A DNA stretch of 64,000 nt from Thermoanaerobaculia bacterium (GTDB taxonomy: Bacteria; Acidobacteriota; Thermoanaerobaculia; UBA5066), in assembly GCA_022071945.1 (NCBI GenBank), contig JAJVIN010000019.1, positions 15,637 to 79,636 on the forward strand. Reading direction: 5' to 3'. Below the pieces are notes generated by a model. The model saw nothing but the letters and a program-made list of their open reading frames with translations. It did no database searches and was not told where the DNA came from. Position 1 is the first letter of the stretch, and the number at the start of each line of letters is the position of its first letter. This document shows, one piece after another, positions 60,887 through 64,000 of this stretch. A program made the position numbers and the translations under genes.

Positions 60887-61654
60887 TCAGCTCGCCGTCT
60901 TCCCGCCCGTGGCCCGCCGCTCTTGCCGGAAAGTCCGGGCCACGAGGAGCCTGACGCGGAGAAGGTCGGCGTAGGCCTGCAGTCCCCCGAGCAGGCTCAC
61001 CCGGGTCTCTATCGAGTTGAACCACAGGACGGGGATCTCGGCGATCTCGTAGCCCAGGCGGCGGGCGACGAGCAAGGCTTCCACGTCGTAGGCGAAGCGG
61101 TCGATCTTCGTTCTCCGGAAGATCTCGTGCCCCGCCTCCCGCGTGAAGAGCTTGAACCCGCACTGGGTGTCGCGGATGCCGGGGATCGCGAGAACTTGGA
61201 CCAGCCGGTTGAAGAGCTTCCCCATGGCTCTCCTGAACAGAGGCTGTTTCTTCCTCACGAGGGATTCGTCGATGGCTCGGGAGCCGATGGCGACGGGGGC
61301 ATCTGCGGCCGCGAGCCGTTCCCACTCCTCGACCGGGGTGGAGAAGTCGGCATCGGAGACGAGGATGAGGGTTCCCGTGGCGGCGAGGACGCCGGTGCGC
61401 ACCGCCGCCCCCTTTCCGCTGTTTTGTTCCAGCCGCAGCGTGCGCAGCGGCAGCCCGAGCGCGCGGCCGCGCTCCTCCGCCACATCCCCGGTCCGGTCCT
61501 CCGAGCCGTCGTCGACGACGAGGACCTCGACGATGCGGGCGGACCCGCCGGCGGCGGCGTAGCGGGCCAGCTTCTCGAGAGACACGGGGAGACGGGCCTC
61601 CTCGTTGAAGGCGGGAATGACGATGGAGAGTGTCGGCGCGGGACGGGCGGTCAT
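60887..61654 (-). CDS. Family 2 glycosyltransferase (dolichyl-phosphate mannose synthase-like)
   Basis: LSIVIPAFNEEARL, VLVVDDGSEDRT, DADFSTP (the DxD region). Confidence 0.8.
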   Translation of the reverse strand: MTARPAPTLSIVIPAFNEEARLPVSLEKLARYAAAGGSARIVEVLVVDDGSEDRTGDVAEERGRALGLPLRTLRLEQNSGKGAAVRTGVLAATGTLILVSDADFSTPVEEWERLAAADAPVAIGSRAIDESLVRKKQPLFRRAMGKLFNRLVQVLAIPGIRDTQCGFKLFTREAGHEIFRRTKIDRFAYDVEALLVARRLGYEIAEIPVLWFNSIETRVSLLGGLQAYADLLRVRLLVARTFRQERRATGGKTAS

Positions 61655-62364
61655 CCCGCCTCGGTGCCCGGGGGAGCCATCGGCTCCGGGTGCAGCGGCG
61701 CGACGGATGTCCGGGAGAGCAGATCGGCCAGGGTGCGTCCCTCCTTGTCGAACGCGGCCACGAGCATCGGGACGCCTCCGAGGGCGAGGGTGAGAAGGAA
61801 TCCGGTGAACCGGAGAAAGGCGGCCCCCAGGGTCGGCGACCCTCCGTCGGGCGCCTGGATCCTCAGGTCGACGAGCGCCAGGCCCGGGGTCGTCCCCCAG
61901 ACGAAGGGGACGAGGACGAGGAGGATCAGGGAAGCCAGGACGAGGAAGCCGGCGACACCCATGAAGGCTCCGGGAGGAAACCTCAGCTCGAGAAGGACGG
62001 CTCCTGCGGCCAGCTGGACCGTCCCGAGGAGGACGAGTATGAGGATGTCGGCGAGACCCCCGACGATCCGGCGGGTGAAGACGAGGCGGCTCGTGCCCGG
62101 CATCTCGTCCCCGACCTCGACCGCCTCCTCGAGAGCGTCCTCGATGCCCTCGGGACCGGCGGGTCTTTCGGGGAGGACGGCGGGAAGGGCCTCATCCTTC
62201 CGCGGGGCCTTCTTGTGGGGGCGAACGAACTTCTTGCCGGTTTCGGACGCTTCATCGGGCAGCGGGAAGAGCTCGAGATTGCCCGGGGCCGAAGCCGGCT
62301 TCTTCGGCCCCTCTTCCGTTCCGATCGGATGCTCCGCCAGAGCGTCCTTGGAGTCGTCCGTCAT
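61651..62364 (-). CDS. RDD-family membrane protein
   Basis: Acidic/Pro-rich N-terminus followed by three TM helices with the RDD-like arrangement (RRIVGGLADILILVLLG...). Start at MTDDSKD. Confidence 0.55.
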   Translation of the reverse strand: MTDDSKDALAEHPIGTEEGPKKPASAPGNLELFPLPDEASETGKKFVRPHKKAPRKDEALPAVLPERPAGPEGIEDALEEAVEVGDEMPGTSRLVFTRRIVGGLADILILVLLGTVQLAAGAVLLELRFPPGAFMGVAGFLVLASLILLVLVPFVWGTTPGLALVDLRIQAPDGGSPTLGAAFLRFTGFLLTLALGGVPMLVAAFDKEGRTLADLLSRTSVAPLHPEPMAPPGTEAG

Positions 62365-62389
62365 CGCAGGCCGCCAGAGTGCATGTCCG

Positions 62390-64000
62390 CTAGAGCCGCG
62401 GCGAGGCGTGCTTGACGTAGATCCGGGAAAGGAGATCCTCGGGACCGTTCTGGTACTTCTTCGTGAACCGCAGGTGCCTCTGCGCTTCCTGGTCCGAGGG
62501 GCGGAGCTTGGTGGCGTCCACGAATGACTCGGACGCATCCTTGAAGCTCCCGGCCTGCATCTTCTGGACGCCGTCGTTGAAGAACGAACGGAACAAGTAC
62601 TCCTCCGCGTCCTGGTTCTTCTTGTCCTTGGTGTAGATCGGGTAGAGGAGCTTGACGGCAGTGGAGTAGTCCTGGTCGTTGTAGGCCTTCAGGGCTGCCC
62701 CGAGCGCCGAGATCTCCTCGCGAGCCTTGGCCAGGGCGAGGGCGGCTTCCGAGTCATCCGGGCGCGCCTTGACGACCAGATCGAGGGCCCGGACCGCATC
62801 GATGTAACGGCTCGACTTGATGGAGGCGAGACCCTGCGCCTTGAGCTGATTGACGTCGATCGAGGTGTCGGCGGCGGCGGGCGTCGGGATCGCCGTCGTC
62901 TTGAACCGGTCGATCATCGCGAGGGCCTCGGCGTGCCGCGGATCGCTGTCCGGAATCCCGACCAAGATTTGGAGGGCATCGTCGACACGCCCCTGGTCGA
63001 AGAGACTCTGTGCCTTGCCGACCAAGTCCTCACCCACGGGCTTGTCCGGACCCTTCTTCGTCTCGACGGGCGGCGGCGGGGCGGGCGCGGGTTTCGTGCC
63101 GAAGGCAAAGTAGAGACCGCCCGCGATGGCGAGCAGGGCGATGACCCCGACGCCGATGAGGATCTTCGGGTCGAACTTGGACTTGGCGGCCGGGGCAGCC
63201 CTCTCCGGAGCCTCGGCCTCGAGGCCGAGATCCTCGGCGGGCGGAACGAATAGCGGTTCGGGTTCCTCGTAAGAGGGTTCAGCGGCGCCGTACATGCTCG
63301 CCTGAGAAGCGGCGGCCCCCGCCGGACTGGCCGCGAGTGCCGCATCGATCTGCGCGAGGTAGCTCCGGGCCGTCGAGTCGTTCTCGGAGATCGTGAGGAC
63401 CTCGAGGAACTTGCTGCGGGCGTTGACCAGGTCGCCCCGGTCGAAGAACTGCATCCCCTCGGAGACCAGCATGTCGACCTGCTGCGCGCTCTGGGCCTGC
63501 CGTTCCCGGGCCTGATCGATCCGGCGAGATGCCTCCTCGTTGGAGAGATCGATCAGGAACACGCGGGACCAGAGGTCGATGGCTTCCTGGACGTTTCCGC
63601 GAGCCATGGCGTCGTCGCCCTGGCGCAGGAACTGGAGGATCCGGGGATCGGCTCCCGAGGGGCCCGCGGGCGGGACGAGGGGAGCGGGCGCGGCCCCCGG
63701 GGCCGGCGCGGCGCCAAAGGCGGCGAAGGGATCCGCGGGAGCCTGAGCCTGGGGCCCGAAGGCGCCGAAGGCGTCTGCCGGTGGGGCGGACGGGGCTCCG
63801 AACGCCGCGAAGGGATCCGCGGCCGGTGCCGGCGAGGAGGCGCCAAAGGCGGCGAAGGGGTCCGCGGCCGGTGCCGGCGAGGAGGCGCCAAAGGCGGCGA
63901 AGGGGTCCGCGGGCGGGGCGGCGGAAGGCTGGGCGAACGGGTCCGGCGCCGGAGCCGGGCCGAAGGGGGAGGCTGGGGCCTCAGGGAACGAGGGTGCGGG
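62390..64000 (-). CDS. TPR-repeat membrane protein with N-terminal DPFAAFG-type repeat region (5'-partial; open frame continues past the window edge)
   Basis: C-terminal TPR-like helical repeats and one TM helix (ILIGVGVIALLAIAGGLYFAF). The frame stays open upstream of the track's Met at 63607 (…ADPFAAFGAAPAPGAAPAPLVPPAGPSGADPRILQFLRQGDDAMARGNV). No stop was found up to at least 63841, where my translation ended; 63842-64000 was not translated. Confidence 0.6.
   Translation of the reverse strand, partial: PAPSFPEAPASPFGPAPAPDPFAQPSAAPPADPFAAFGASSPAPAADPFAAFGASSPAPAADPFAAFGAPSAPPADAFGAFGPQAQAPADPFAAFGAAPAPGAAPAPLVPPAGPSGADPRILQFLRQGDDAMARGNVQEAIDLWSRVFLIDLSNEEASRRIDQARERQAQSAQQVDMLVSEGMQFFDRGDLVNARSKFLEVLTISENDSTARSYLAQIDAALAASPAGAAASQASMYGAAEPSYEEPEPLFVPPAEDLGLEAEAPERAAPAAKSKFDPKILIGVGVIALLAIAGGLYFAFGTKPAPAPPPPVETKKGPDKPVGEDLVGKAQSLFDQGRVDDALQILVGIPDSDPRHAEALAMIDRFKTTAIPTPAAADTSIDVNQLKAQGLASIKSSRYIDAVRALDLVVKARPDDSEAALALAKAREEISALGAALKAYNDQDYSTAVKLLYPIYTKDKKNQDAEEYLFRSFFNDGVQKMQAGSFKDASESFVDATKLRPSDQEAQRHLRFTKKYQNGPEDLLSRIYVKHASPRL
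63700..63930. repeat. 45-nt tandem repeats (about 2 perfect plus several degenerate copies) encoding 15-aa DPFAAFGA(S/P)SPAPAA units
   Basis: cggccggtgccggcgaggaggcgccaaaggcggcgaaggggtccg occurs twice in tandem around 63810-63905. Flanked by diverged copies (gcgccgaaggcgtctgccggtggggcggacggggctccgaacgccgcgaagggatccg...). Confidence 0.6.

Overview
High-GC (about 68%) bacterial chromosomal window. The central feature is a complete type I-G (formerly I-U) CRISPR-Cas locus on the + strand at 2955-16763. It comprises cas3 (helicase N-terminal, HD C-terminal), csx17/cas8u2, csb1/cas7, csb2 (cas5-cas6 fusion), a cas4-cas1 fusion and cas2. After a ~218-bp leader comes an array of about 49 copies of a 36-nt repeat (GTCTCCCCGGCTTCACAGCCGGGGCTCCATTGAAGC) plus one degenerate terminal repeat. 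Both flanks of the locus look like a decaying defence island. Upstream are a DUF4143 ATPase and the remnant of an AAA_21-like ATPase next to a DUF4276/RloB-like gene. Downstream are a MazF/PemK toxin C-terminal remnant, an orphan ExbD, and two tandem, overlapping pol-beta-fold nucleotidyltransferase paralogs. The rest of the window is housekeeping: gltA, fur, lepB, queF, gatB, ftsEX, ruvC, yebC, a MiaB-like methylthiotransferase, a BtuFCD-like ABC importer, accD, folC, dgt, rpiB and glyA. Unusual items in that part include a 1013-aa receiver/Ser-Thr-kinase/TonB-C fusion protein, a partial AmmeMemoRadiSam-like gene set interrupted by a Hanks kinase, an in-frame 18-nt tandem repeat inside a radical SAM gene, a GGDEF protein with a degenerate active site, a GATase1-crotonase fusion, and a TPR membrane protein with 45-nt tandem repeats encoding DPFAAFG-type repeats. 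Many long ORFs in the six-frame track are GC-driven antisense or out-of-frame artefacts and are listed as rejected. Minus-strand coordinates may be off by 1-2 nt against my manual counting.
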